From: Minutocellus sp. GHC0000111 | Lineage: Eukaryota | Assembly: GCA_977018835.1 (NCBI GenBank) | Contig: OZ361259.1 | Coordinates: 1,798,001-1,862,000 of the forward strand | Length of the DNA: 64,000 bases | Reading direction: 5' to 3' | Shown here: positions 47,037 through 60,900 of the stretch, piece by piece | How positions within the stretch are numbered: position 1 is the first letter of the stretch | Layout: each line of letters begins with the position of its first letter | Notes under the pieces: generated by a model | What the model saw: the letters and a program-made list of their open reading frames with translations, nothing else | Database searches by the model: none | What the model was told of the DNA's origin: nothing | Program-made: the position numbers and the translations under genes

Positions 47037-50000
47037 TTAGGCGGCGATGCCGCCAATGCTTCGGCGCTTCTCTTGGTAGAATCCGTCGCCGCGAGCTGAC
47101 GAGTGGTACTGGGCCACATGGGAAGAAAAACCCTCGTCATCGAGATACTGTTTCGAGTCGTCCGAAATTGAATGGTCGGTATCGTAGGAGAGGCGACGAT
47201 CGCCGGAATTGGTAACTTTGCTCACGCGGATAGCGGGGATGGTCGCCTTGGTGACAAGAATGCCGACGGCGACGGCAGCACCGACAACACCGGCGACGGA
47301 GACGCCAGCAATGAGGCCAGCGTTCATCGACTCTGAGTTCTCGGGGGCGAGGGAAACCTTGACGGAGAATTCTTCCTCGGCCTCGTTGAGCTTCCTCTCC
47401 TCATCCGACTTGGCAGGAGGAGCGATGGCACGGATGGAAGCCTCGGCGGTACGGCGGCCACCAATGGCGGCGTTCTGGGTGAAGTCATAGACCAGAGTGC
47501 CCTCGCAATCAACAGTCCTTTCTGTGGTGCCGAAGAACGAAGAAGGAAGGTTGGTAGATACGACAATCATACGATCATCATCGCCAACCGTAGCAGCACC
47601 ATTATCGATGATATCAACGGAAGTGAGACCGTCCTGAGACCTGACAAAGTCAAGGACGGGTGTGTGGCTGAGAGTACCCTGGGTGCAGGAGAACATCTTG
47701 AGGTCGGTCATTCGGACGTAGGCAGGGACAGTACCAGCAGTCTGATCAAAGCGAACGCAGACGTTCATGGCATCGTCCTGCTTCACGAACTCATCGTTGA
47801 GGGCGCTATCCTCGACACAAACATTGCTTGAGTCGCACTGGCAAGCAGCGAGAGGATACTGGATATCGATCTGAGCCTCTTCAGTGGTAGCCTCGTTCCG
47901 CTTGACCTCGGTATCGGACACCTTGAAGCCCTGCGTCATGTCGATCTTCACAATGGTCTTGAGCTCCATGAAGTTGACGGGCTCCTCTTGGTCAGATAGA
48001 AGATCGACACGAAGGCAGAATTCGACGCTGGCCTCGTCGAAGGGGGGCTCAATCTTCCAGATCTCCGATCCTACCAGGCTATCGGGATTGAGCTCGACGT
48101 CGACGTAGAATGGCTGGGAGCCCTCGGGGATGTTCTTGTCACCGGCATCGTTCTCTCCAACAAGCAGCTCCTCGGGGAACTTGCCAACGCCACGGATGGT
48201 GGTGGTAGGGAGAAGACTCGTAGTGGGACTGGTGAGGGTAGTGCTATCATCGTACTTCTTGGTGCAAGTGTAGTCAAAGATCGACACCTTGACGAGCTCG
48301 TCGATCTCTTAACGTAATTGGGGAGGGTAGGAGGTGTAGTGACACCACGAGACTCTTGGACGTCCCAAAGGAGCTTGGGGGTAGTGAAGAGAATCTCAAG
48401 ATCTGGATTGGCATCACCGTCGGCATCGGCAAGTCCATCATCGGCAGTAGTGTTGGTGGTGACATCGACGAAGTTGATGTCCCAGGCGGCGGGGAGGGTG
48501 ATGATGCAGCCAAAGGAATCTTTGGTGATAAGACCTGAAGCGTCAACGGGATTGCCATCAGGGTCGAGATTGTTGATGTAGTCGACCTCGACTGAGGTGG
48601 AATAGGGGGAGCGATCCCGACCATCGTCGACTCCATCGCCGTCGGTATCGACGGAGCAGCCCATGCCAGTCTCAGTAGCTTCGACGGGACTGTCGGTGGC
48701 ACTGGGAGTATAGGCATTGGTCACGTCCACAAACTTGGGCGTTCCATCGCAGTTGTCGTACGCAACGTTGCAGCCGTTGGTTGCGAATGCAACGGTACTG
48801 GTAGGCTCGACAGTGGAGTGACAAGTATCAGAACTGATGTGACCAAGGGTGAAAGGCCAAGTGGGGAGCACGGCAGATGTGGTGAGAACGCTATTGTCGC
48901 CACCAACGTCACTGGCACAGTCGCTGACGCCGTCGCCGTCGCTATCGATGGGGCATCCGTCCTCGTTGATGTACCCTCCAACGTCGGGGCACTGCGTTCG
49001 GTGAAGTTACAGAAGATGAGCGCAGCACAGATGAGGAGAATGGTTGGCATAGGTCAAGAAGAAGTAGAAGAAGAGATTCAATCTGCTCAATTTCTCTTAC
49101 CTGATCAATTCCATTGGCAACACCGTCACCGTCGTCATCCTTGGGACATCCCAGAACGCCATCGGTTGAGTTGCTACCTGCCGTGTAGCCATCGTCAGAA
49201 GCCTTGTAGACGACTGCATACTCGTCATGAATGTCGTTGGCACTGTGGATGGTGCCGTCACACATGTCGATACCGTCAAAGACACCATCGTTGTCGCTGT
49301 CGAGGGGGCAGCCAACGCGATCGACAACGACGACGCCGTCGATGTTCAGGTCGTTGCATACGGCATTATCCTCTGCTTCGAGCCAACCGCCCTCGACACG
49401 GTTACAAGCAGTGGCCTGGTAGGGAGTAGTGGTGTCCTGGTTGGGGTAGGCACAGCTGTCACAAAGAACGACCGTATCGGGCACAAAGTCACCGTCGCGA
49501 TCGGGGTAGCCGAGGATGGTAAGGTACTTCATTGGCTGAGTGTCTTCGAGCTTGCGGTTGTACTTAAACTCGGCACTGCCTGGGTTGACGGGGCAGTAGT
49601 CAAGGTAATCAGGCGTGCCATCGAGGTCGAGGTCGGGGCAGCCATGGGTTGTTGTGAGCCGAGCATCGTCACTCAACACCAACTGGGGCGTAGGTACCTG
49701 GGCAACGATCCAGACAATCCGGCACACCATCGAGATCGGTATCGAAGGGCTGGCCGGTGGCAGGATCCGTACCAGGATCGGGGCAGCCAGAGTAGCAGAC
49801 ACCGCCCTTGGAGTTCTCGTTGATGGCCACGGCAGTACAGACGTTGTTCTCGTCGTCCCAGACGCAGCCGGGACACTGATCGAAGATGTCGGGGATACCG
49901 TCCTCGTCTGTAGTGCAAACAAGAAGAGAGAATGATATTATCAGACACAATATAACTACATGTGTGTTCTGGTCAAGGGGTGAGACGAATATGCAAACAA

Positions 50001-51620
50001 GAAAAGGTTGACTCACCGAAATCAGGGCATCCGTTGTAGTCGAGGTTGCGATCAAGGGTGTTGAGATCAACGCCCTGGGTCCAGGCATGGTTGTAAGCAA
50101 TTCCAGGAACAAAAGGGCAGCGATCCTCGCAATCGTTGATGCCATCGCCATCCGTATCGAGGACGGCATCGTTCTCGTCAGTCTCGGGGCAGCCCGAGGG
50201 GCAAAAGTCCTGCGGACCAGGATCAGTAAAGTTGGTCCAGACATCTTGGTCATCGGCATATGCCACGCCACCGACCGAGGTGGAGGTCTTGACACCCTGC
50301 GTGGAACTTGTCGGGGATGAGATCGCCGTCGGAGTCTCCGTAGACGAACTCATCGAAGGGATCCTGGTAGGGGTTGGCGGTGTCGGGGGTCAAGATCTCC
50401 GGGATGAGGTTGTAGGCCTCGGTGGCGATCTTGGCGGTGTCGTAGTCAGTAGAGGCAGTAGACTGCTCGTCGGTGGCGAGACCGACGCACATAGGTTCAC
50501 TGTTGGGACAAGTGGTTGACGAAGCATGGCAAACGTTGCCCATAGCAGTCTCGGCGGTAGTCTGAGCAGTATCGGCGGCGGTCTTGGCGGCAAGAGCAAC
50601 GGCCTCAGCGGCCACAGCCACCTCGTAGGCATCCTTGGCTGCACTCTCCAGACGAGTACGCTCGGCGGCGGTACCGTCGGTGGCATTGGCGGCAGCCCAA
50701 TCGGCCAGCTTTTGCTCCTGGTAGTCGACGGCCTGGTTGTACTCGAAGGTGGCCATGTTGAACTCGGCGCGGGTCTCGTTGTACAGGGCCGTGGCAGCCG
50801 TACAGGCATCATTGGTTTCGACGAGCTGGCACTGCTTGGTCTCGTAGGCAAGCTTGTCGGCAAGGTAGGTGTTGAGAAGGACGGTGGCAGCGTCGATGTT
50901 CTCGGAGGCAGTACCAAGAGTCTGCTGCTCGCCAGAAACTGGAGCGAGGCGGGTGCAGCCAACCTGGCTGGTACCGTCGCCCTTGAAGCCGTCGTTACAG
51001 GCGCAGGAGAATTGGGCAACGCCGAGGTAGTTCTCGATGCACGAGGCATCAGGGCTGACGCAAACACCCTCACAGGTATCCAAGTCGGCATGGCCGGTGG
51101 ATGAGGTAGAGGCCGGGCAGCCAGAGCCACCTGAGGCAAGGGTCTTCCCGTCACCGCCGTTGGCGTTGGTAGTATCACTGTTGGCGGAAATGCCTTCAGT
51201 ACCGGCGGGACAATCACAGACGTAGAGATCGTCGCCCGGAGCAGGAGCTGTGGCATCCGTGCACATGATACCATAGGTAGCGTCACCGCCGTTCGCCTCC
51301 GAAACGGCGATGCAGTCGTTGAGGGCATTATCGATGCACTCGTCAACATTGGAGCAGCCGGTGTTTCCAGCACCAAGAAGGCCATCACCGGTGAATCCGT
51401 CGTCGCAGACGCAGTAGTCGATGCCGGTACCGGCGTAGTTGAGCATGCACTGAGCGTTGAGAGCACAGGGATCCGTGTAGTTGGTAGTACAGGCGGCAGC
51501 CGAACCGCCGTTGGGAAGGAAGTCAGAGTTGACCGTCGACGTCTGAGCAACGACGCCGGGGAGGACGGAAACGGCCACGACGGCGGCCAGGATCGCTGGT
51601 ACCTGGTGGGCGAACTTCAT
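47037..51620 (-). pseudogene. Tandem paralog of 39762-44455 with at least three frameshifts
   Basis: Same architecture and intron positions (50016-49908, 49100-48992). Frameshifting lesions near 50300, 49675 and 48310. Several Cys lost relative to the paralog (GCPD>GYPD, DRCP>DRSP, GCIN>GYIN). Confidence 0.8.
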
Positions 51621-54600
51621 GATCAGATCAAGAAGAAATCAATGGTAGATATTGGGGTAGAGCTGAATAGGACAGCGGGGGTTGGTAGAACTTGGTTGTT
51701 GTCTGGGTTGTTTTTGTACAAGAGAATCGACTCGTCGGAACGATGAAACGATAGATTCAACGACGAAACGATGGAATTGTGGAAGCTTTTGATTGGGCGT
51801 CGGTCAAAGATGACTGAAGATACCACCACCACCGGAAGAGTCAGATATCAGGAAGTAGAGTAAGAGATTGGGAACAAAAATCGGTTAGATATCTCATATT
51901 TATATCGAGGAAGAAGAACATGCACAAAAACGATTCCGATCGGAAAAAGAGCCGTGAAATAGATGTATCGTCTCGAGACATTCTAGACCGCGACGACCAA
52001 TCTGACGACCGCACCAGCTCACACACCATCGAAAATGACACATGAGTGTGCATTGATGAGGCATTTGGGTGAACGGGTTCGTTGGCAAGGTCAAAAGAGC
52101 CTCGCCAATATAAATGACTGCATAGCCAAAAACAAGACGCGCCGACGGCAGTAAGTCAAGCGAAAGCAAGAAAGCGACAGTACTGCCCGCGCGGCGGCGG
52201 AGCCAGGCCCGAAAGATCAGCCAGGCCCGATCGAAGTTTCGATCGGTACCTTTCGCACCTCTGACTTGCGCCTCCGATACAACATACATGTTTGACTTAC
52301 CTAACAGTTCATGAAATGAATTTATGACAAAAGTCAAAGCATGAACTGCCCTTTTACCGCCACGCCGACTGTCGCTGGGGGCGGTTGGGCCTCTTTCCGA
52401 TTTTGGCCCTCGGCGAAGATGACAAAAGGGACCGGGGGCCTAAAAGTCCGAAGGAAGAGGCCGAGTTGTTGTGCAGCTGGTAGTTCCACGTCATAAAGAT
52501 ACCAAACTAAATGTTCCTCAGTTGTTTGGGAAAGGACACCGAAAGCACCGAACCTGCATCTTGTGCGGGCCTGGCGGCACGTGGCGGCAGTCATTACGAT
52601 CAGAGTTACTGCCGGTTCGACACCACAATGAGAGCAATTTTTGCTTCGAAGAACAAACGGGCCGATGTTGCGGTCAAACCAGGACGGTCTTTAAGATTAG
52701 AGCGAAGTCTTTTAGGCTTTCATCGGTCAAAGTGCGTCAGGTGTTGTGTGCGTTTGGGCTCTGGCGGAATTGGAAAGAAGGCATTTTTGATTTTCGGCAC
52801 TGCCACACGGAAACGCAGCTTCTCTTTTTGGACAGCCGGCTGCCACGTAAGACCAAGTGCCGTCCAAGCGCTGGTAGGCTGTTAGGCCCTTGTGCGATTT
52901 CCTCGGAACACTTTTGGTTTTGTCACTATCCAAGATTACGGACATTCATCGGTGAGGCTGGAATCTGCGAACCGGTTGGTGCCGTTCGGGGAAGAGCAGC
53001 TTTCGCCCAAAACCGGTATGATGTGGCTCTACTTTGGATTGCCGATCGACAACAACGTCTGCCGATCGACAAGATCGATCGAATATCCCAACGATAACAA
53101 CAGTCATGGATATTCGTCGCCATGTCGACCACCAGCATCTACCATCCATCCTGCATCCATCGTCGCATGTGCCATACATGTATGCCGAAATCAAAGTAGC
53201 AAAGTAGCGAAGTAGCCAGCCGCTCAACAGCTCGGCAACTCCGCCGACGTGCCAACAACAAACGGTGCCAAAAGTGCATGAGCAGCATCGTCGAATATCA
53301 AGCGGCGATGTCGTTTTGTGCCCAACATTCATCTGGCTGATCAAGTACGTCGTACCGCACCGGTAGCGTCTTCGAATTGCTCCGTCGATTGTCGTGCCCA
53401 TGCCCGGCATGCCCATGAATGACGCACATGTACAATATGACGCCGCTTCATGATCACAACTTCCAAACAGTCGAAAGAATGGAGATGCTCAGGTACTAGC
53501 CAGCCGAAGCTTCAAAGCTGAGACTAGATCTATTATCGTTTGTCTACAATCAACCCTTCGCTCCAACAACGCAAACCGTTCGCAATCTCATTGTAACCCA
53601 TTTCTTTATCATCGTCGCCGTCGTGCCGCTTCCTCCAATATCATCTGCCAGATATCTTCTCGACATCGGCATCGACGTCGTGTTTGCTGTCCGTATGCAT
53701 CGATATTGCAATACATAGCATACCTGCATCCCACCTGAACAGACGTCTCTCTGAGCCCACAACGACAACAAATGAAAAATGAAAGTCCACGATACACACA
53801 TGTAAGATCGAGACCGAGTCACTCTCTCGCACTTACGTGTTCACATTTTCGTCGTCTGCAGTTTCGTCTCGACAATGCATGTACCAGCACGAGAGCAAGG
53901 CCGGCAGCCGCTTGGATCTGTCTAGCCAATATTATGGATGCTGCTGCTGCTCGGTTCCATGATGCTCGTCGATCGATCGATCGACACATGTACATGCATA
54001 GCGAGGTTGAGACTTGACTTGACTCTTTCTCTCTTTCTTCTTCAGATCCAACCACCGCACTAGTAGGAATCCTACGTGTAGTTGGGATCGTCCATGCTAA
54101 TCCTACAGCTAGAATAAAATAGCAGAAGAGTTTGTGCATTATTTTGTTGCTTCGCATGCTTGCAGCATCGTCGTCGTCGTTTTTTCACACGCCTCTCGTC
54201 CAGCCTCCGGCCCGGGGGCCTTCCCCATTTTCGCCTTGCCGAAATCCACGGCACAGGAGCTGTTGCATTCGCGTCGCACAAAAGAAACCCGGAAAATGGA
54301 CCCAAAATGAGCTGGGTGTCTGACAAATCGCCAAAACCGACGCCATTTTGTTAGTCATTTTACACGGCGACCATGAGGACCCGACGGCGATGCTGATACT
54401 GGCACGTACACCGACGCTGAGTTGGGTTTGACGCTTTTGTATGCTTTCCATTACTATGTCGCGTCGATTCATACCGTCAAACCCTACTCACCTCCTTGGA
54501 ATTGCGCATCTTTTTCGCGAAATGTAGCACACGAAAATCCTCCCATCACGTCGTTCGGCGGGTCCCACCCAGTGCTGGGTGACAGTGATTTGAGGCGGTT

Positions 54601-57600
54601 GTGCCGTCGGTGAGAGCGATCAAATGATCTAGACCCATCGCAGATATGTATTGTGGCGATGCGTGACCTTTTGATCGCTCCCAGAATCACATTCTGATGC
54701 ACTTATTCGCCACCAGCCTGATTTGAGGTCGAATTTCTGGCAGTGGGCCCCACCAGGAGCTGGGTAGTGGAAAACAAGACATTGATATCGCCGGTGTGGC
54801 TGACTGGATAGGCTCATATGACCATTGGCGTGCATAGGTGTCATTTTCGCTCGTCGAGTCAGTGTCAACTGCATGTTACAGTGCACTTTTCAACACCAAA
54901 TGGTTCATTTTGGGGCGCATTTTCTGGAGGCTAGTGCCAGTGGGGGTTGGAGTTGGCTCGTTGGGGTGGAAATCACCCCAATCGCCGATTTTTTGCTTTG
55001 GAACCTTTCTTTAGATGTATTGGGTGGTACCAAAGCAGCTCATCGTGGAAAAGGGCACCAATTTCGTTGATGCGCGTCGATGCAGTAACATTTTGCGGTG
55101 GTGGAGGTTGAATTTTCCCCCTCAATTGGACTTATCGGTGCCAATGGTTTGGATCTGGAGACTCTTTTCATGAATGTATTGGTTGTATCAGATACCTACA
55201 TATATGAGGGCGTTGGAAATTGCCTGGTGGTGAAGAACGGGGGCAGGTATCATGTCTTCTTGGCACACATGGAATATCTTGGTGAAACGGGCTGGAATCG
55301 GAGGCCCCTCGACTTCCAGACATGAGATTGATACTGTTTGTCTCATGGATGCAAACTCGCGAGCACTCGCCTGCAACTGCCTCCCTGTGGTACATGCCTT
55401 TCGACTTTTGATGAGTTTCGTCGGGTTGCTGCAAGAAATCGGCGTCAATTTGTTGATGGCATTCAATTTTTATGGGGCCTCAGCCAAATTGCAGGAGGTC
55501 AACATTGCTGAGAGAGGATGGTGATAGATCAGCATTCCTATGCAACCAGGAGTATTCTATTTGCTTTATTCTCATTACATATGTATAAGAGAAGTTAATT
55601 TTTAGTAGATGATGTATACTTGTCCACTCTATGAAGTTTAGTAGCCATAATCAGCAGCAGCACCTGTTACGGGGCTGCTGCCGGCCCAGACCTTACTCTC
55701 AGATAGTAGCATCGTCTAGAAATAGCCAAGTAAGCCTTTCTACTACAGCTACTACCCATAGAATTCCACTAGATATGTAATCTGATGCGGCTCTATGAGA
55801 GTGTTATTGAGTTCGTGATTACTTGTTAAGTTTTAAGCCCTGACTCTTCGTGGAGGTCGACTACCACCGAGATTTACGATAAAATCGTCGAATTTTCACA
55901 TCGATTTGCCTCCATAACTTTCCTTATCAGCACAAAGAACTTTTCATGAGCATAGAGGCCGCTCGGGTATACCGAGGGGCATCAATGTATACCCTTCCCA
56001 TCGAGTAGTTGTAGTTGATTGTTGTTCAGTATCAATATTGGCACTTCGAATCAGCCCCCCGCGAAATCTTCCGTCGACCTCCACGAAACATTCAGGTACT
56101 CATAAAATCGTCAATCTTTCAAGCAACCCCGCGAAACTTTCCATCAATGAGCCACCACATATCATATCTGGGCAGGAATAAGGTACTGATGTGGTGAATG
56201 GACGCGCATGGACCCAAACGATCGTCATGTTGGTATTTTTGACCTCCCTGTACAATAAAAGTTACCCTCCAAAAATGATAACATAAGATAGTTTGGCCGA
56301 ACTTCCAACCCAATTGCCAAAAAAATGCTATCGGACCTCAGCATGGGTACATGCCATCCGATTGGAAGCATCGCTACCGTCAATTCGGCGTAGATTGGTG
56401 TACCTATTGAGAAAGTGATATTGCGGTGGAGAAGTTGATGGGAATCTGGAAGTTTTGGTTTTACTTGTTGCTGTGTGAGAATGCAATGGGTTGCCAACAC
56501 AAACACAACAATCAACACATGCACTTCCGTCTTTAGTACATACCTTGGCAGGATTGATTGAGAATTAGTGCCTCTCTGTCGAATTTCAAGAACTATTGCA
56601 CATCATCTGAATTCGGCGCCCGTCCCAACACCGGAAAATTTTCTGCAAATCCACAAAGCCCCAACGAAATGATCCGCTTGCAGACACCCACACCGCAGAA
56701 GAAGCACATCGATCGCTCCAGTAGTGTCATGGTAGCGAAATATCAAAAGTTGTGTAGACACTCTAAGCGGATTTTTTCGAGCAAAAGGACCACAGCGACA
56801 TTGAGGACCGTTTTTGTGACGAAGTCGAATTCTTGATTTTTGAGACGGCGTCGGCGTTTCACGATTGTTGCACATGCGAACTCAAAACCACTGCCCCACC
56901 GCCGCTCGATGATACCATTGGAGCGATGTTTCAAGTCGTCAAACGTTGGCAATCTCTCATTATATCGACGCCAGCGTTACTTTTCTCTCCGATTGTAGCC
57001 GTCGTGGAGGTCGAGGTCGGCCAGTGACAAGTGCCGAAAGTCGATTTTCGGCAGTTTCAGGGACTAAAGGCTCAGAATGATGACTCCCTGGCCAAGTCAA
57101 ATATATGTAGAAGAGATACTGAGGCGGGCATGGTGGTTGCATGCCATCTTGGTGGTCGTCTGGGGATGGAATGTGGTCGTCGTTGGTTGGGTGGAATTTT
57201 GGCACAGTCGAAAATGAGAAAATCAAAACCCCGGAATTCCCGATAAGCGCGAATGCAACGCCGCACGCGAAGAAATTGCACCGTGAATCTGCCCCTCTTT
57301 TCGGCATACTTTCCATGTTGCGTCACTCCCGCCAGTGTTCGTCAAACTATTCTCCTCCAAATATTCCTTTGTGCCACGTTCCTCAAACTATTCTCCTCAA
57401 AGATGCTTTTGTGCCACACTTTCCTTCGTCAGATGCTCCGATTCGGCCGGGTTGCAAGAGCTTCCCTTCGCTCCTCGAAAACTGCCGTCCTGCACTTGCA
57501 CCTCTGCTGACTCTGGGCTCTGGGCCAACACAAGCAAGGTGTTGCTCGGCCCAAAGCATAACGATAGCTAGCCTTTTACTTACATAAGCAACATACCCTG

Positions 57601-57983
57601 CGCCCCCCCCTTGGTCACTATTTTCGCGAGAGGGGACGGAGGGAAAAACGAGCACATACAAGCAGTGCCAAACGACGGACGGACCCCCCTAAGTTGAGCG
57701 AGGCGAAACGGCAGTCGGCCGGGGGGTCATCTATCAACCACCTGCCGTGATTGGCCCTGGACCACAAGAGTCTTTCTTGAAGTGGCACCTCTGGAGCCGG
57801 CCCGGCACATCTTGGAGTTGGCAAGGATAACACCGCCGCTTGCGGAGTCGGTGCCTGGCTTTACAGTTGAAGAAGAAGAAGTTCGCAGGCAGCCCTACGA
57901 CGAATACCAACCGCCTCTCGACAGACGAGCACAAGCCCCCTGACAGGTGCGAAGAGGGCAGCAGGAGGAGATTCCACTGCAAA

Positions 57984-60900
57984 ATGAAGGCCCGGACCGT
58001 TGTGCTCTTCATCGCCGGCACCGTCGCCCTGCTGGCCGGGGCCATACTGGCTCTCCTGGGCATCTCGACGCTGGACGGCGGCGGCGGCAGTAAGCACAAG
58101 GCGGCGCCCACCGTCCTTCATGCCGGTGGACGATCGCAAGGGCTTGAAGGTGCCCAGCATACGGCGGCGGCAGCGGACGAGGTCGATGGGACGGCGGCGG
58201 CGGTGACGGCGCAAGTGGATCAGCTTGCGGGTCCACTGGCCTCCAATCGGAATTCGGCGGTGGATTTGAAAACTCAGCAGCTGCCGAAGGTTGTGCCGGA
58301 GGTCGGACACGAGGAGAAGACGAAGAAGGATGGTGGAGAAGGAGGAGCAGCAGCCTCGCCGACCATCTCCCCGACGATATCGTCCGGTCGGACGTCCTCC
58401 TCTTCCACTTCTGCGTCGGTCACTTCCTCGCTGCTGTCACGTCAGTTCGGTGCCAAGAGATCCGACGCGAAACGTGCCGCCCACTCCGACTCTGATCCTA
58501 CCACTGCCGCGGGGTACGCCACCCTCACCATCGTCCGCTCCCTCGTCGACATCACCGACGCGGACGACGACAACGACGGCATCTTCAACCGGGCCGACCT
58601 CTGTCCCGGCCTCGACGACACAGCCGCCTCCCAGCAATGCGCGGCCACCGCAGGAACACTGTCCGGCACCGACTTTGTCTACTGTCCCGACACCGACGCC
58701 GATTCCATCAAGGATGTGTGCGACAACTGTCCCGAGAACGCCAACGCCGACCAAAGGGACAGTGATGGCGATGGCCTCGGAGATGTCTGCGACAACTGTC
58801 CCGACGATGCCAACTCCGACCAATCCGATGATGATTTGGACGGGGTGGGCGACGTCTGCGACAACTGTCCCCACAAGTGGAATCCCGATCAGTACGACGT
58901 GGACAACGACGGCGTCGGGGATGCCTGCGACCTTTGTCCGGGATGGGACGACGCCGAAGCCCGATCCGCCTGTGGTACCGCCGGGACTCTTGTCGGTACC
59001 AAATACTCCACCTGTCTGGACACCGATGGCGACTCCATCAAGGACGTGTGCGACAACTGTCCCGCCGATGCCAATCCCGATCAATCCGATCTCGATTCCG
59101 ACGGTCTGGGAGACGTGTGCGACACCGACATGGACGGCGACAACGTCACCAACGTCAACGACAACTGTCCGACGGTGTTCAATCCCGACCAACTCGACGG
59201 CGATGGGTTGGGGGATGCGTGCGATACCGACGACGATGGGGATGGCGTCCTGGACGCCGACAACTGCAACGACGTGTCCAACGTCAACCAGGTCGATTCC
59301 GATGGGGATGGCATCGGCGACGTGTGCGACAACTGTCCGAACAAGCCCAACCCCGACCAGGCCGATGCCGACGGCGATGGCGTCGGCGACGTGTGCGATC
59401 AGTGTCCCGGGAACGACGATCTGGCGGCCGCCCGGGACTGTGCCGGTGCCAACGCCGACAATCCCCGCCCGTACGAGGTCCTGACCAACTACCCCTTCTG
59501 CCGCGACGACGACAACGACGGTGTGGCCAACGTCTGCGACGCCTGCCCGAACACCACCGCCAAGGAGCTCGAGTTCATCGCGGCGAACGATACGGGCATC
59601 TACCTCGATTCCGACGGGTGCGCCATCTTGGCCATGCCCCGCAAGCCGCGGTATCTGGGCAGCGTCGCCCAGAATCTGACCGCGGCCGTCTTCAAGGTGG
59701 AGCACTTCTTCACCCTCAACGAGAACTACGTCCCCATCATGCAGAGCCGGGGCATGGCCGACGCCGACATTGCCAAGGCCCAGATGATGACCAAGACGGT
59801 CAACGCGACGGGATCGACGGTGTGCACGGCCGATCCGGCCTGCGGACAGGACTTTGGCGGCGGTCCGAGCTGCCGCCTGCCGTTCGAGGTGGGGTTCCTC
59901 ACTCCGGCGGAGTTTTGGTCCCGAGATGCCAGCCTCATACAGGGCAACGTCACGGCGGCCGATCTGGTCGAGAAGACCGTCATCTATGTCGAGGTGACGG
60001 TCAACCTGGGCAATGTTGTGGGGACCGATTACTACGCCGACGTGGAGTTTGATCCGGTCGGGGCGGGGGATCCCATTGGGGTCGGCGAGGCCGGCGCCAC
60101 CGAGGTGGCCGTTACCGCAGAGGTCCGGTGGTGCTCGAGGTTGGACATTTTTGATTTTGACATGCTGGACGATACCAGCGGTGAGTTGAAAAAACTATTT
60201 TGTTTGATGTTGGTGGTTGTAATTTTTGCATCTGTTCCGCTCAACGCCCTCTCTTGTTTCGTTCCTCATATCATTACACACAGAGTCCGAGGGATTTGTT
60301 GTGGTCGAGATGGACACTCGCATCGACAAAACGGAAGATTTTGACATCAACGAGATCTGGCTCGACGTCAACAAGTATCTGGCCATCCAGGAGACCGATA
60401 CCGTTGTTCTCATCCTCGACCTGTACAACAACGTCAATACCACGGACGACAACTACGATGGCAGCGGCTTCGTGGAGGTGTTCGATCCTGTGCTAAATAT
60501 CACCATCTCCGTTCCGGTGGGTTCTGGCCGAGAGCGTCGACTGCAGCGGCTGGACGACGGTACCGAAGCGGCCGAGATTTTACGTAACAAGCTCATTTCC
60601 ATCGTCGGCCCGCCTCTAGAGAACAAGTACAGAGAGATGTACCCCGACACGTTCCGTGAGGTTGTCTTGACGGTGGAGATGCTTGGAGAGAAGGATGGGA
60701 AGGTGGCCTTCCGTTTCTACTGTTCGGTGATGTTCATTCCCCCGGATGAGATCGCCGAAACGTTCGAGCCCCCCTCCGTGGAGGAGCTGAACGACGAACT
60801 TGATGGTGCTGTTGACGCTGATGCCATCATGGATGCCATCAAGGAGGAAGAGGAGGCAACGCCGGAGTTGGAAGCGTTGCAGAACGTTGCGGCAACCGAA

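Noticed and set aside
54629..54886. KFDLKSGWWRI resembling a reverse-transcriptase motif
   Set aside because: No accompanying PFG or YxDD motifs and no LTRs; probably chance.
58291..60052. Long alternative-frame ORFs over the TSP3 exon (397, 422 and 391 aa)
   Set aside because: By-products of GC-rich, Asp/Gly-repetitive codons in the real frame.
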